From NCBI GenBank assembly GCA_033762115.1, contig JANRLX010000022.1, positions 1 to 64,000 of the forward strand: a stretch of DNA of 64,000 bases. The letters run 5' to 3'. The notes beneath the pieces are model-generated. The model made no database searches. It saw only the letters and a list, made by a program, of their open reading frames with translations, and was not told the origin of the DNA. The stretch's first letter is position 1. Each line of letters opens with the position of its first letter. The stretch is from Verrucomicrobiota bacterium. Its GTDB lineage: Bacteria > Verrucomicrobiota > Verrucomicrobiia > Limisphaerales > SXQI01. The translations under genes and the position numbers were made by a program. Positions 39,790-49,921 of this stretch are shown one piece after another.

Positions 39790-40778
39790 TTCACAGCGCT
39801 GCTGTTCGTTTGGTACAGACGCGCGAGATCAAGAAGGAGTTTCTCAAGTTGCAAAAAATATTCCTCCTGCTGAAATTTGCTTTTCTGCTCGCGCAAGGCA
39901 GCAATCTGTAATTCCAGTTCATTCCGGCGAACACGTTGGTCTGGTGTTAATTGCTGCTCTTCAAGTGACGGCAACAAGTGGAGTTGATGAGCCCGGAGCC
40001 CATCCGGCAATTCATTGCCAGATGGTTTTTTTGTTGGCCGAACGCCTTGAAAGAAGTCCACAGGAGTCCCCAGTCCATCCCCATTGTCATCCAGCAAGGC
40101 ATGTTCAGTCGCCAGTCGCCCGTTCGACTTATAAAAATCCGCCACTCGACGGGCAGAGGAGATAAACGCTTCAAGGAGCGAGGTTTGCCCATCCTTATCA
40201 AGATCCGATTCAGAGGACCCGATCATTTCTGTGAATTGTTCTCCAAAGCGGGAGTAGTTGATCTGGCTTCCTGCCCTGGTTGCGGTCACAATCACACGTC
40301 CCTGACGCGAGAGCGGCTTTAAAAAGGCGCCGCTTGCCGAAAACGCGTTGATCAGAATTGTTGGACGTTTAAACCCATTCAATAGTGTGACGAAATGTTT
40401 GGCTTCAAGGTCAGGTCCTCGCAAATTGAATTTAGCCTCTCGACCATTAAAGGTGCCATGACCGATCAGGATCAACCAGAATTCATGGTTGCCTTCCCGA
40501 GGTTCAGATGCCAGGAGGGATTCAAAAAGGTGCAAGTCGTTGGTCGTGTTCGTTGAACCATGCCCCAGCCAGGTGAAGTTGAACTGGTTCGACGAGGCCA
40601 GCTTTTCCCAGGCCTCCCCCAGCTCCCGAAAGGTCTTATCGTAACCATCAGCCCCGGGTGCTCCTGTAATGAGCACCATTCGGGCCCTGTTTGTGATGCT
40701 CTCGCTATGGGCGAATGAGGCAGGAACGAAACAAATATGGAGCGCAGTTGCTATGAATATGCACAATAACCGCGCCAC
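39786..40778 (-). CDS. Exported hypothetical protein, caspase/legumain-like fold with Dx[DN]xDG loops
   Basis: LIGHG, NAFSASG, VIVTAT, DLDKDGQTSLLEAF, LDDNGDG; ATGA overlap with the BatA gene. Confidence 0.7.
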   Translation of the reverse strand: MARLLCIFIATALHICFVPASFAHSESITNRARMVLITGAPGADGYDKTFRELGEAWEKLASSNQFNFTWLGHGSTNTTNDLHLFESLLASEPREGNHEFWLILIGHGTFNGREAKFNLRGPDLEAKHFVTLLNGFKRPTILINAFSASGAFLKPLSRQGRVIVTATRAGSQINYSRFGEQFTEMIGSSESDLDKDGQTSLLEAFISSARRVADFYKSNGRLATEHALLDDNGDGLGTPVDFFQGVRPTKKPSGNELPDGLRAHQLHLLPSLEEQQLTPDQRVRRNELELQIAALREQKSKFQQEEYFLQLEKLLLDLARLYQTNSSAVK

Positions 40779-40789
40779 AAACGCTGATT

Positions 40790-42634
40790 TTAATCGAGAA
40801 CCTTGATTTTGGCATGTCTGATTTCCACATGCCCACCATCCCGACTCAGCTCTTGAAAACCGATATGCCCTTTCCTTGGACGGTCCTTGAGCGAAACCGC
40901 AATTTCTTCAGTGTGCCTTTTCACGGTGGATGTATGATTGTTTAGATTTACATCAAGCACCTGCTGCCCATTCAGCTTCACCTTCACAAGAGGTCCCTTC
41001 ATCGTCACTTCGTATTTGTTCCACTCCATCGGTTTGAATACCTGCACAGATGGCGCAACAACCCGGTAAAGGCTGCCGGTCAGTTCATTGGCGGGCACTT
41101 CGCCAAAATCAGGTGGGTAGTAACGCGGATCAACCATCTGCAATTCGATGCCATCGAAGGCGGGGTCCCCATGACCGGGAAAGCGAAGACCGCATCCGCT
41201 GTTTCCGCGTTGTCCAAGCTTGAATTCAAACTCGAGCTGGAAATCTCCATATTGCTGCTCGCTCACGAGCCAAGTGCCGCGCGGTTCGCTTCCATGCAGA
41301 ACGCCACTTTTGACGACCCATTTGGCCTTTTCGGGGCCCTGGCGTTTAACATCTGACCAATCGCGCACTTTCCAGCCCCTGGGCTCCCCCTCTTCAGGAA
41401 AGAGCGGTTCAAACACAGCGGTTTTTGTTTCTCCCTGCACATCCAGCGCCACCAGGTTTTCCAGGCTGCGGGCGTACAAACGACCATTCGCGAGGATGGG
41501 GCTGCTCCAGGTGTTTTTTCCGCCGAGCACCTGGGCTGAGGAAATTTCAGTATATTTTTTTGGGTTCGCTTCCGCGGTGGCCAACAGACCCTTATCACTA
41601 AAAATGATTAATTTTCCGTCGGCAAAAATAAGGGAGCCTTTGCCGAACTTCTTTTCACTCCATTTTTCCATGCCCGTTTCAAAGTCAAGACAGCGGAGAT
41701 CTGTTTCGTCGAACCCATAAAGGTGCCCGCCATGAAAAATGGAGGTGGAAACGTGGTTTCGCATGTTTTTTCCCTGCCAGAGTGCGGAAGGTTTGTTATC
41801 GGTAAATTGCACCACCGCACAGCCTTTGTTGTAAGCGCTGGAAATGAAAACCCGATCTCCAACAACCAACGGAGTGGCGGCATTGACATCATAACTCGTT
41901 TTCCAGGGGAACCGCCATGCTTCCTTGCCATTGGCCATTTCGCGGGCAACCAGTCCAAAACCGGAAAACATCAATACATAACGTTTGTCCTTATAGGTGT
42001 AAGCCACCGGTGAACTGTAGCCGGGACCTTCATTTCCCGCTTTCCAAAGGATAGCGCCTGTTTCCTTGTCCAGAGCAATCAAAGAGGCGCCTTCCGCTCC
42101 CGTTTCCACCAGGACCATTTTCCCTTCAACAAGAGGAGACCCTGAGAAGCCCCAGGTGGGAACCTTTGCCCCAAAGTCCTTAACAAACTCCCTGGACCAG
42201 ATCACTTCCCCATTGTCAAAATTCAGGCAGAACAGATGCCCCATCCTGCTTAGGGTATACACTTTGTTGCCATCGACGGTGGGAGTGCACCGGGTCCCAG
42301 GAAAGCCGTTTGGATCTGAAGAGGAACAGGGATAGCTGTGCTTCCAAAGTTCCTTTCCCGTAACGGCATCAAGGCAATAGACGTGGTCCACTTCCTTGAC
42401 ATTACCCATTGTAAAGAGACGTCCATTGGAAACGGACATTGAGGAATACCCCGTGCCAACGCTCGCTTTCCAAAGCTGTTTGGGACCTTCATCCGGCCAT
42501 TTGGATTGCCAGTTTTTTTCATCCGATTTGCCGGTTCGCTTTGGTCCGAGCCACTGAGGCCAATCATCGGCCAGAGAGAACAGTGAAGAATTCAGTACCA
42601 GGTTCAGGCCCAGGAGGCAGGTTGCAACTTTCAT
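40790..42634 (-). CDS. PQQ-like beta-propeller fused to a DUF1080 domain
   Basis: DWPQWLGP, repeated LD..TG..LW blades, SSPILANGRLY; then GNSGCGLR, EWNKYEV, GHIGFQ. Confidence 0.88.
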   Translation of the reverse strand: MKVATCLLGLNLVLNSSLFSLADDWPQWLGPKRTGKSDEKNWQSKWPDEGPKQLWKASVGTGYSSMSVSNGRLFTMGNVKEVDHVYCLDAVTGKELWKHSYPCSSSDPNGFPGTRCTPTVDGNKVYTLSRMGHLFCLNFDNGEVIWSREFVKDFGAKVPTWGFSGSPLVEGKMVLVETGAEGASLIALDKETGAILWKAGNEGPGYSSPVAYTYKDKRYVLMFSGFGLVAREMANGKEAWRFPWKTSYDVNAATPLVVGDRVFISSAYNKGCAVVQFTDNKPSALWQGKNMRNHVSTSIFHGGHLYGFDETDLRCLDFETGMEKWSEKKFGKGSLIFADGKLIIFSDKGLLATAEANPKKYTEISSAQVLGGKNTWSSPILANGRLYARSLENLVALDVQGETKTAVFEPLFPEEGEPRGWKVRDWSDVKRQGPEKAKWVVKSGVLHGSEPRGTWLVSEQQYGDFQLEFEFKLGQRGNSGCGLRFPGHGDPAFDGIELQMVDPRYYPPDFGEVPANELTGSLYRVVAPSVQVFKPMEWNKYEVTMKGPLVKVKLNGQQVLDVNLNNHTSTVKRHTEEIAVSLKDRPRKGHIGFQELSRDGGHVEIRHAKIKVLD

Positions 42635-42806
42635 ACAGATCCGAGATTGAGACAGGAAACAGAATTGCCGCCTAACGAAGGGATGTCAATGTTTCGGCAT
42701 GAGTTAGAGAACCAAAAGAGAAAAGGCGAAGAATCGGGATTGCTGCGTCTCCCCAAATACGCAGCGCCGTTCCGGCAGGCAGTTACCGGCAATGGACAGA
42801 AATTAG

Positions 42807-42899
42807 CTAATCAGCGTTTTCGTTGCCGCGGGCCAACGCCAAAGCTGATAGCAGAAAAATCCCCCAAGCTATCAAAGCAAAAGTGAGTATGTATGTCAT
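42807..42899 (-). CDS. Candidate 30-aa single-TM peptide
   Basis: Manual translation MTYILTFALIAWGIFLLSALALARGNENAD; upstream TTGACT-N16-TAAAAC; downstream hairpin at 42742-42765. Confidence 0.4.
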   Translation of the reverse strand: MTYILTFALIAWGIFLLSALALARGNENAD

Positions 42900-42962
42900 G
42901 GTGTCCGGTGTCGCGACAGGTTTTAGCGTAGAAATTAAGAGAGTCAAGTATCTAAGTAACAA

Positions 42963-42982
42963 AATCGTTAAATTTAACGATT
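42963..42982. promoter_or_regulatory. Perfect 20-bp palindrome, candidate operator
   Basis: AATCGTTAAA|TTTAACGATT in an AT-rich divergent intergenic region. Confidence 0.55.
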
Positions 42983-43110
42983 CCAGCTACCGATTTATGA
43001 CGCAGCCACTACTAATTGGGGTGTTTTGTCCTAAATCAGGATTATTTAACGTCTGAAAAATGCAGCTTTTTGGTTCGCAAACGCAGGGTTCAAGGCCTAT
43101 TTTTTATTTT

Positions 43111-43365
43111 ATGACCGCACTGGAACAACAAATACTGGAGAATTTGAAGGTATTGGAGGGGCTGATCCTGCAAATGAAGAGCGCAAACCCCAAGCCGAAC
43201 CTGCTTCCAATATTTGAAACATTGGACAATTTAACCCGTCAACTCCCCAAAAACAGCGACCCATCACTTTTGCATTATCTCCATAAAAAGAGTTACGAGA
43301 AGGCCCGATTGTTTTTAGAAAATCGTGATTCTGAAAATTATCGCGGAGAATGCCGGCGGGACTGA
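43111..43365 (+). CDS. Small helical hypothetical protein
   Basis: 84 aa with LLHYLHKKSYEKARLFL; ends 4 nt before mnmE. Confidence 0.7.
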   Translation: MTALEQQILENLKVLEGLILQMKSANPKPNLLPIFETLDNLTRQLPKNSDPSLLHYLHKKSYEKARLFLENRDSENYRGECRRD

Positions 43366-43369
43366 ACCC

Positions 43370-44737
43370 ATGTTTTCTGATACTATTGCTGCCATTTCAA
43401 CTCCTCTTGGAGAAGGCGGACTGGCGGTCGTCCGGCTGAGCGGTCCAGCTTCTTTCAAAGTGGCTGACAGCTGCTTTAAACCGTTAGGAAAAAATTCCAC
43501 ATCAGCGGGGAAAGCAGCTTCACACACAATTCAGTATGGCAAGATCCTGTTGAATGGCGAGGTGGTGGATGAAGTGCTGCTTTCTGTATTTCGGGCCCCC
43601 CGGACTTTTACCAAAGAGAATATGGTCGAGGTGAGTTGCCATGGCGGTGTGCTGCCTGCTCAAATGGTTTTGGACGCACTCCTTCGAGGAGGCGCACGCC
43701 TGGCGGAGCCGGGAGAATTTACCCGACGGGCATTTCTCAACGGCAGGATTGACTTGGCGCAGGCTGAAGCTGTGGCAGATTTGATCCATTCCCGGACTGA
43801 ATTAGCCTTGCGTGCGGCCAATGAGCAGCTTGCGGGGAAACTTTCCTGCCGGATTGATGCTCTTCGCAGCGATCTCATGCTGGTGCTGGCACATGTGGAG
43901 GCTCACATCGACTTTCCTGACGAAGACATCGCCCCTGACACATTCGACCAGTTATTGTCAAAATTAAGGAAAGCGTCCGAATATATAGAGCAACTGCTTT
44001 CGACTGCCCGGGAAGGACGGATACTCAGACGGGGACTCCGCACCGCAATTATTGGGCGGCCAAATGCGGGAAAATCGAGCTTGCTAAACCAATTATTGGG
44101 TCAGGACCGAGCCATCGTATCACCAATAGCAGGCACCACCCGGGATACGATTGAAGAAACCGCAAATGTCAGGGGAATTCCCATTGTTTTCGTGGACACA
44201 GCAGGTTTGCGTGAGTCGAAGGATGAGATTGAAGCGGAAGGAATTCGTCGCAGCAGGGAGGCTGCGTCTCAAGCCGAATTGATTCTGCATGTGGTTGATG
44301 CGTCGCAAGCAGTGCACGAAGAGGATCAAAACTTGATTGCGGAATTCGGCTCGCAGAACAGCATTCTCATCTGGAACAAAAGTGACCTGATTGATCGAAC
44401 AGCGGATACTGAGCCCCGCGTTCAAGGCATCCCTGTTTCCTGCGTGACCGGGGAAGGGATTGAGTTATTGAAAGACCAGATCAAAAATCTCGTTTGGAGC
44501 GGGAATATTGGAAGTGAAATGCTGGAAGCAACGATCAATTCCCGGCATCAGGACGCATTGCAGCGAGCGAATTCCTCATTGAAACTCACGATCAGCGCAT
44601 TGGAAGAGAACCAAACCCTGGAACTTGCTGCCATGGATTTAAGGCTGGCGGTGCAAGCGATTGGGGAGGTGGTCGGCAAAACAACCACCGAGGATTTACT
44701 CGATGCAATCTTCAGCCAGTTCTGCCTTGGAAAATGA
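43370..44737 (+). CDS. mnmE: tRNA modification GTPase MnmE
   Basis: DTIAAISTP, GEFTRRAFLNG, GRPNAGKSS, GTTRD, DTAG, NKSD, C-terminal FCLGK. Confidence 0.98.
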   Translation: MFSDTIAAISTPLGEGGLAVVRLSGPASFKVADSCFKPLGKNSTSAGKAASHTIQYGKILLNGEVVDEVLLSVFRAPRTFTKENMVEVSCHGGVLPAQMVLDALLRGGARLAEPGEFTRRAFLNGRIDLAQAEAVADLIHSRTELALRAANEQLAGKLSCRIDALRSDLMLVLAHVEAHIDFPDEDIAPDTFDQLLSKLRKASEYIEQLLSTAREGRILRRGLRTAIIGRPNAGKSSLLNQLLGQDRAIVSPIAGTTRDTIEETANVRGIPIVFVDTAGLRESKDEIEAEGIRRSREAASQAELILHVVDASQAVHEEDQNLIAEFGSQNSILIWNKSDLIDRTADTEPRVQGIPVSCVTGEGIELLKDQIKNLVWSGNIGSEMLEATINSRHQDALQRANSSLKLTISALEENQTLELAAMDLRLAVQAIGEVVGKTTTEDLLDAIFSQFCLGK

Positions 44738-45346
44738 TCAAGTTCGCTGGTACGCCGCACGGTTGGTGGCGACTCCCCGCGCATTAAAATTGCGTTCAAA
44801 ATCCGTAATGACTGCGCTGAGTTCGTCCGGTGTTTCATCTTTTTTAAACAATGGAGAACTGTCATATACAGTGGTCATCTGCTGGAAATAATCTGCATCG
44901 TCTGTTCTCAGGTAAATTTTACCTCCAGAAAGGAGTGCTTGATGACTGAGCAGAACGAAACGTTCATTGATGAGCCTGTTCTTTCGCTGCTTTCGCTTGG
45001 GCCAAGGATCAGGAAAGTAGATATGTATAGCTGAGAGCGAACCTTTTGGGATCATGTATTCAACAAAATAAGCAGCTTCCATCCTAAGCATGCGCACATT
45101 GGTTAAACCTGCCCGGGCACATTTCCGATCGAGCTTTCGCAATCTTCCCAGTAAACGCTCCAGAGCTAGAAAATTCCGTTCGAGATGAAGCGCTGCATAT
45201 TTTGAGAGAAACGATCCATCGCCGCTTCCCAGCTCCAATTCCACAGGCTGCAAGCTGGGAAAAAGACTTTTATAGTCAATCCGTTCAAGGATTGATTCCG
45301 GTCGGAAAATAAAGCTGGGCAATTCCTGCGTCCTGATTGAATTCAC
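44738..45346 (-). CDS. trmB: tRNA (guanine-N7)-methyltransferase
   Basis: ELGSGDG, FPDPWPK...NRLI, LRTD, TDFE. Confidence 0.93.
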   Translation of the reverse strand: MNSIRTQELPSFIFRPESILERIDYKSLFPSLQPVELELGSGDGSFLSKYAALHLERNFLALERLLGRLRKLDRKCARAGLTNVRMLRMEAAYFVEYMIPKGSLSAIHIYFPDPWPKRKQRKNRLINERFVLLSHQALLSGGKIYLRTDDADYFQQMTTVYDSSPLFKKDETPDELSAVITDFERNFNARGVATNRAAYQRT

Positions 45347-45517
45347 TCTGCACCAAGCTCATAAATGCGAGTCGGGCGGGTGGCAAGGGATATCGAATTC
45401 AGGCTTCAAGGCACTTTCAATTCTTGAGGTTTTCAGAGAGAGCCGGGAATCGACAAAACGCAATCTTCTTTCAATGGCAAGCGGAATACTTATGCTCCCA
45501 TCCGGTTTTGATAACTT

Positions 45518-46948
45518 ATGCGGAAAACGAAAATTATCGCCACACTGGGACCTGCCACTGATTCTGCAGAGAATATTGATCAACTGATTCAGGCTGGCAT
45601 GAATATTGTCCGCCTGAATATGTCCCATGCGAACCATGATTGGATTCGCCGTGTGATCAAGGACATCCGCAGTGCGGCAAGCAAACGCCGTGTGGCTGTT
45701 GGCATTCTCCTGGATACGCAGGGGCCAGCCATTCGAACCGGGGACCTTCCTGCCGCGCTTGATCTTACTCCCGGGCAGAAATTCTGGCTGACAGTGCGCG
45801 GGGAACAAAGCGAGGAGATTCACTCGGTGGATGTGAATTACGAAAATTTTGTTAACGACATCAGTGTAGGAGATACTGTCCTGCTGGATAATGGCGAGAT
45901 TCAAATGAAGGTGCTCGCCAAGCATAAAAATAAAATCGAGTGCGAAGTGCTGACCCCTGGCAAACTCGGCAGCCGCAGGCATATCAACCTGCCAGGAGTG
46001 AAAGTGAGTCTCCCGGCGCTGACAGCCAAGGATTTCGCGGATATTGAGGTGGGATTGGAGATGGAGGTGGATTTCATCGCCCTGTCCTTTGTCCGTGAGG
46101 CCAAGGACATTTTGCAATTGAAAGCAGTGGTGTCACGGGCAGAAAAGCGTCCCCAGATCATTGCCAAGATTGAAGACCAGCAGGCGGTCCAGAATCTCTC
46201 GGACATCATTTCTGAATCAGACGCGATCATGGTCGCGCGAGGTGATCTCGGGATTGAGATTCCCTACGAAGAATTGCCGATTGTGCAACGAAAAGTTGTC
46301 AAAGCATGCCTGCTTGTCGGGAAGCCGGTGATCGTGGCCACTCACATGCTGGAAAGCATGATCGAGAACCCGATGCCCACAAGGGCAGAGATTACCGATG
46401 TAGCGAACGCAGTCTTTGAGCAATCCGATGCAATCATGTTGAGCGGTGAAACCACCGTGGGCAAATATCCGCTGAAGTGTATTGAGGTTTTCGACAAGAT
46501 TTCACGTCGGATCGAGCGTTCAGGAGGGGCCAATTACCAGGACTCTGCGGAATTAACCACGGCACGTCAAAAAATGATCAAAAGCGCAGTGGTCATGGCC
46601 AATGAATTGAAGGCAGAGGCTTTGATTGTGTTTACGATCCACGGAAACATGGCGCGTTACGCTTCCTGGATGCGCCCCCGGTCCGGGGTGATTTTCGCGA
46701 TTTGTGAAACCCCGGAAATAGCCAACTCGCTGACCCTGAACTGGGGCGTGATCCCGATTGTGATGCCCTTTTCAATTCGTGAACCGATTCACAACATCGA
46801 TATGGCTATTGACGAACTGGTCAAACAGCGGTTGCTCCAAACCGGAAATACCGTGGTGGTGGTCAGCTCCATCATGGCGGGGGACCAGATCGTGGATGCC
46901 GTGCAAATGCGGTCGATTGGCGCACAGCTCCCCAGAGAGAAAACCTGA
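45518..46948 (+). CDS. pyk: Pyruvate kinase
   Basis: RKTKIIATLGPA, RLNMSH, DTQGPAIRTG, AKIE, MVARGDLG, ATHMLESM, MLSGET. Confidence 0.98.
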   Translation: MRKTKIIATLGPATDSAENIDQLIQAGMNIVRLNMSHANHDWIRRVIKDIRSAASKRRVAVGILLDTQGPAIRTGDLPAALDLTPGQKFWLTVRGEQSEEIHSVDVNYENFVNDISVGDTVLLDNGEIQMKVLAKHKNKIECEVLTPGKLGSRRHINLPGVKVSLPALTAKDFADIEVGLEMEVDFIALSFVREAKDILQLKAVVSRAEKRPQIIAKIEDQQAVQNLSDIISESDAIMVARGDLGIEIPYEELPIVQRKVVKACLLVGKPVIVATHMLESMIENPMPTRAEITDVANAVFEQSDAIMLSGETTVGKYPLKCIEVFDKISRRIERSGGANYQDSAELTTARQKMIKSAVVMANELKAEALIVFTIHGNMARYASWMRPRSGVIFAICETPEIANSLTLNWGVIPIVMPFSIREPIHNIDMAIDELVKQRLLQTGNTVVVVSSIMAGDQIVDAVQMRSIGAQLPREKT

Positions 46949-46960
46949 TTCAACCGCTTT

Positions 46961-48412
46961 TCAGAATCGAAGGGAAGCAACAGCGGCATTGGCCATGTTG
47001 ACCAGGCTATTGGGGAAAATCCCGAGGAACAAGATAGCCGCAATGCAAAGGTAAAGACTAAGCCGAGCCGTCAAGGGCAGAGGGATTTCCGAATAGTCAG
47101 GCACGACCTTTGACCAATAAATCGCCCGGACAACTCCAAGGTAGTAATAGAAGGAAGTCACCACGCCGAAAAGGGTGATGATAATCAGCACGAGAAAGCG
47201 AGAGTCACTGGCACTGCGTTCCACGATTGATTTCAGCAGCAGGAACTTGCCAAAAAAGCCTGCCAGCGGAGGAATTCCGGCCAGAGAGATCATTGCCAAG
47301 GCGAGGCTCGCGGCAAGCAATGGGGAACGACGGTGCAGGCCTGCCACGATACTGATATCTTCATCGTCAGCTTGCCGGGTAAGAATCGAAATAACGGTGA
47401 AAGCAGCAATGACAGTGAAAAGGTATCCTCCAAGATAGTAGAGCACCGCACTGGAGCCGGCAGCCGAGGCGGCGGCAACGCCCAATAAAAGATAACCTGC
47501 GTTGCTGATGCTTGAATAGCCCAGCAGGCGTTTCAAGTTTCTTTGCGGAATCGCGCACAGGTTCCCGTAAAGGATCGTGAGTGCGGCAATGACAATGATG
47601 ACTTGCGACCAGTCAAAAACAGCTTCTGGAACAGCACTGAAAAGCATCCGGAGCAGTAAGACAAACCCGGCGGATTTTGAGCCCACCGCAAGAAATGCGG
47701 TTACCGGGGCAGGAGATCCCTGGTAAACATCCGGCGCCCATATCTGTAATGGGAAGGCGGCGATTTTGAAGGCAAGGCCTGCAATGACTAGAACCACCCC
47801 GATGATGAACAATGGTTTGGAATAAAATTTATTCGCAGCAGCAAAAACTGCATCGAAGTTCGTCGTCTGGGCCATCCCAAAAATCAGGGCGATCCCATAC
47901 ACCATGAATGCAGAGGCAACCCCGCCGACAATCAAATATTTCACGCCCGCTTCCACTGATTTCAAGCGGCTGCGTTGAAAACTGGTGAGGATGTAAAAAC
48001 TGACCGTGATCAGTTCAAGGGAAACGAAGACCATGATGAAATCGTTTGCAGATGCCGCAAACATCATTCCGGAAAGAGCAAAGAGGAGGATGGAATAGAA
48101 TTCTGAAATGCCAACGGCAATCCGGTCAGCAAAACTGATCGAAATCAGCAGAACAAAAATGGCAGCAACAATAAAGAACTGCTTAAAGAAAAGTGCCAGC
48201 GGGTCCAGTGTGTAACTGCCTCCAAATGCATGTCGATTCGGGCCAGCCTCAATAAAAAAACTGCCGATCAGGATGGCGAACAGCGCAGCAATGGCGAGAT
48301 AGCCCAGCTGAACCTTTCGAGCTGCCGGCGTCCAAAGGTCCACCAATAAAATCCCCAGGGCCACAGCAATGACCGCCAGTTCTAAAATCATGAGTGATGC
48401 ATTCATCAACAA
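46961..48412 (-). CDS. nuoN: NADH-quinone oxidoreductase subunit N
   Basis: EAGVKY, FKIAAFPLQIWAPDVYQG, KRLLGYSSI, SLAGIPPLAGFFGK. Confidence 0.95.
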   Translation of the reverse strand: MLMNASLMILELAVIAVALGILLVDLWTPAARKVQLGYLAIAALFAILIGSFFIEAGPNRHAFGGSYTLDPLALFFKQFFIVAAIFVLLISISFADRIAVGISEFYSILLFALSGMMFAASANDFIMVFVSLELITVSFYILTSFQRSRLKSVEAGVKYLIVGGVASAFMVYGIALIFGMAQTTNFDAVFAAANKFYSKPLFIIGVVLVIAGLAFKIAAFPLQIWAPDVYQGSPAPVTAFLAVGSKSAGFVLLLRMLFSAVPEAVFDWSQVIIVIAALTILYGNLCAIPQRNLKRLLGYSSISNAGYLLLGVAAASAAGSSAVLYYLGGYLFTVIAAFTVISILTRQADDEDISIVAGLHRRSPLLAASLALAMISLAGIPPLAGFFGKFLLLKSIVERSASDSRFLVLIIITLFGVVTSFYYYLGVVRAIYWSKVVPDYSEIPLPLTARLSLYLCIAAILFLGIFPNSLVNMANAAVASLRF

Positions 48413-49915
48413 CTACTTGAGGGGCGCCACGGCCACCGGCTTCGATTTTGTCATGGCCAATATGCCTTTCGCACTGGGCTCAATTTTGTCTGTCAACAAA
48501 CGTGGAAAAATCCCGAACAGGAGCAGTGCCGTGATCAACAGGGCAAATGGAATTTTCCGCACCGGACCTGCATCAAAAGTCGCAGGAAGATCCTCAGGCA
48601 TCGGCCCATGCATAATGCTGCGGATTGCCTTGAGCATGTAAACCGCGCCAATGACCAGCCCCCCCCAGACTGCCAGCGAGGTGATCAGTTTATATTTGTC
48701 CCATGAGCCGAAGAGGGCCATGGCTTCTCCTACAAAATTGGCAAATCCTGGCAATCCGCATCCAGCCATCATGCACATGATCAGCACCGCGCCGACGAAA
48801 GGCATTCGTTGCATGAGGCCGCCCATCCGCTCCATGGAGAAGGTGCCGGTTTGGTTATAAAGATAACCGGAAAGGGCAAAGGAAAGAGCTGCAAGCAAAC
48901 CATGCGCCACCATGATGACCACCGCGCCGGTCACTCCGACAATTGAGAGACTGGCAATTCCAAGGAAAACAAAACCCATGTGGGCCACACTTGAATTGCC
49001 GACCAGGAGATTCAAATCCTTTTGCCGGACGGCCACCAGACCGCAGTAAAGAATATTTCCCAGGCAGAGCCATGCCACAATATCCAGCCAAAAGCTGGCA
49101 GCCTGCGGCAGTAACGGAATCGCAATTCTCAATAAACCATAAAGACCGAATTTCTTGAGAACGCCTGCATGCAGCATGGCAGTGGCTGTGGGGGCAGCCC
49201 CATAACCCAATGGGGCCCAGGTATGAAATGGCCAGAGAGAGACGAGGATGCCAAAACCAAGAAGCAGGAAAGGGAAGATAAATTTTTGTGCAGCCTCCGG
49301 TAAAGGGGTGTTTTGCAGATGCGTGGTAATCTCCACAATATCGAAACTGTTTGCCCCGGATTGCAGATAAAGCGCGATCAAACCGATCAGAGCGATCAAG
49401 CCACCGAGCGAGAGGTAAAGTGTGATGTTGAATGTAGCGTAATTCTTCTCTTCGCCCCTGCCCCAGACGCCGATCATGATAAACGTGGGAATCAGCGCGA
49501 GTTCATGGAAAAAGAAGAAAAAGAAAAGGTCCAGCGACGCAAATGTGCCGATCACGCCGCTGATCATGATCATTAATAACAGATAAAACTCCTTTTCACG
49601 TTCCTTGATTTCGTAAGCAGCGCAAATCGCGGCAAACGCGACAATTGCCGCCATCAGGACCAGGCCGACATTCAAACCATCCACACCAACGTGGTAACTG
49701 ATTCGCAACGCTTCCACCCAGACACGTTTTTCAACAAACTGGTAACCTGCGGCTCCTGTTTGAAAATGGACAAACATTGCGATCGCAGAAAGCAGTGAAA
49801 GTGCGCCCGCGGAGAGGGAAACCAGCCGGATGAGAAACCGATAATTGCGGGGAATGAAAGCAATGGCCAGCGCGGCCAGCAGCGGAAACCCTAAAATATA
49901 GGTAAGTATGGACAT
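48413..49915 (-). CDS. nuoM: NADH-quinone oxidoreductase subunit M
   Basis: GVDGL, PFHTWAP, LHAGVLKKFG, SSVAHMG, GLPGFANFVGE. Confidence 0.95.
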   Translation of the reverse strand: MSILTYILGFPLLAALAIAFIPRNYRFLIRLVSLSAGALSLLSAIAMFVHFQTGAAGYQFVEKRVWVEALRISYHVGVDGLNVGLVLMAAIVAFAAICAAYEIKEREKEFYLLLMIMISGVIGTFASLDLFFFFFFHELALIPTFIMIGVWGRGEEKNYATFNITLYLSLGGLIALIGLIALYLQSGANSFDIVEITTHLQNTPLPEAAQKFIFPFLLLGFGILVSLWPFHTWAPLGYGAAPTATAMLHAGVLKKFGLYGLLRIAIPLLPQAASFWLDIVAWLCLGNILYCGLVAVRQKDLNLLVGNSSVAHMGFVFLGIASLSIVGVTGAVVIMVAHGLLAALSFALSGYLYNQTGTFSMERMGGLMQRMPFVGAVLIMCMMAGCGLPGFANFVGEAMALFGSWDKYKLITSLAVWGGLVIGAVYMLKAIRSIMHGPMPEDLPATFDAGPVRKIPFALLITALLLFGIFPRLLTDKIEPSAKGILAMTKSKPVAVAPLK

Positions 49916-49921
49916 TCTTTT

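Noticed and set aside
43024..43051. dif-like sequence or oriC upstream of mnmE
   Set aside because: Spacer and XerD arm do not fit the dif consensus; no DnaA-box cluster and no skew switch here
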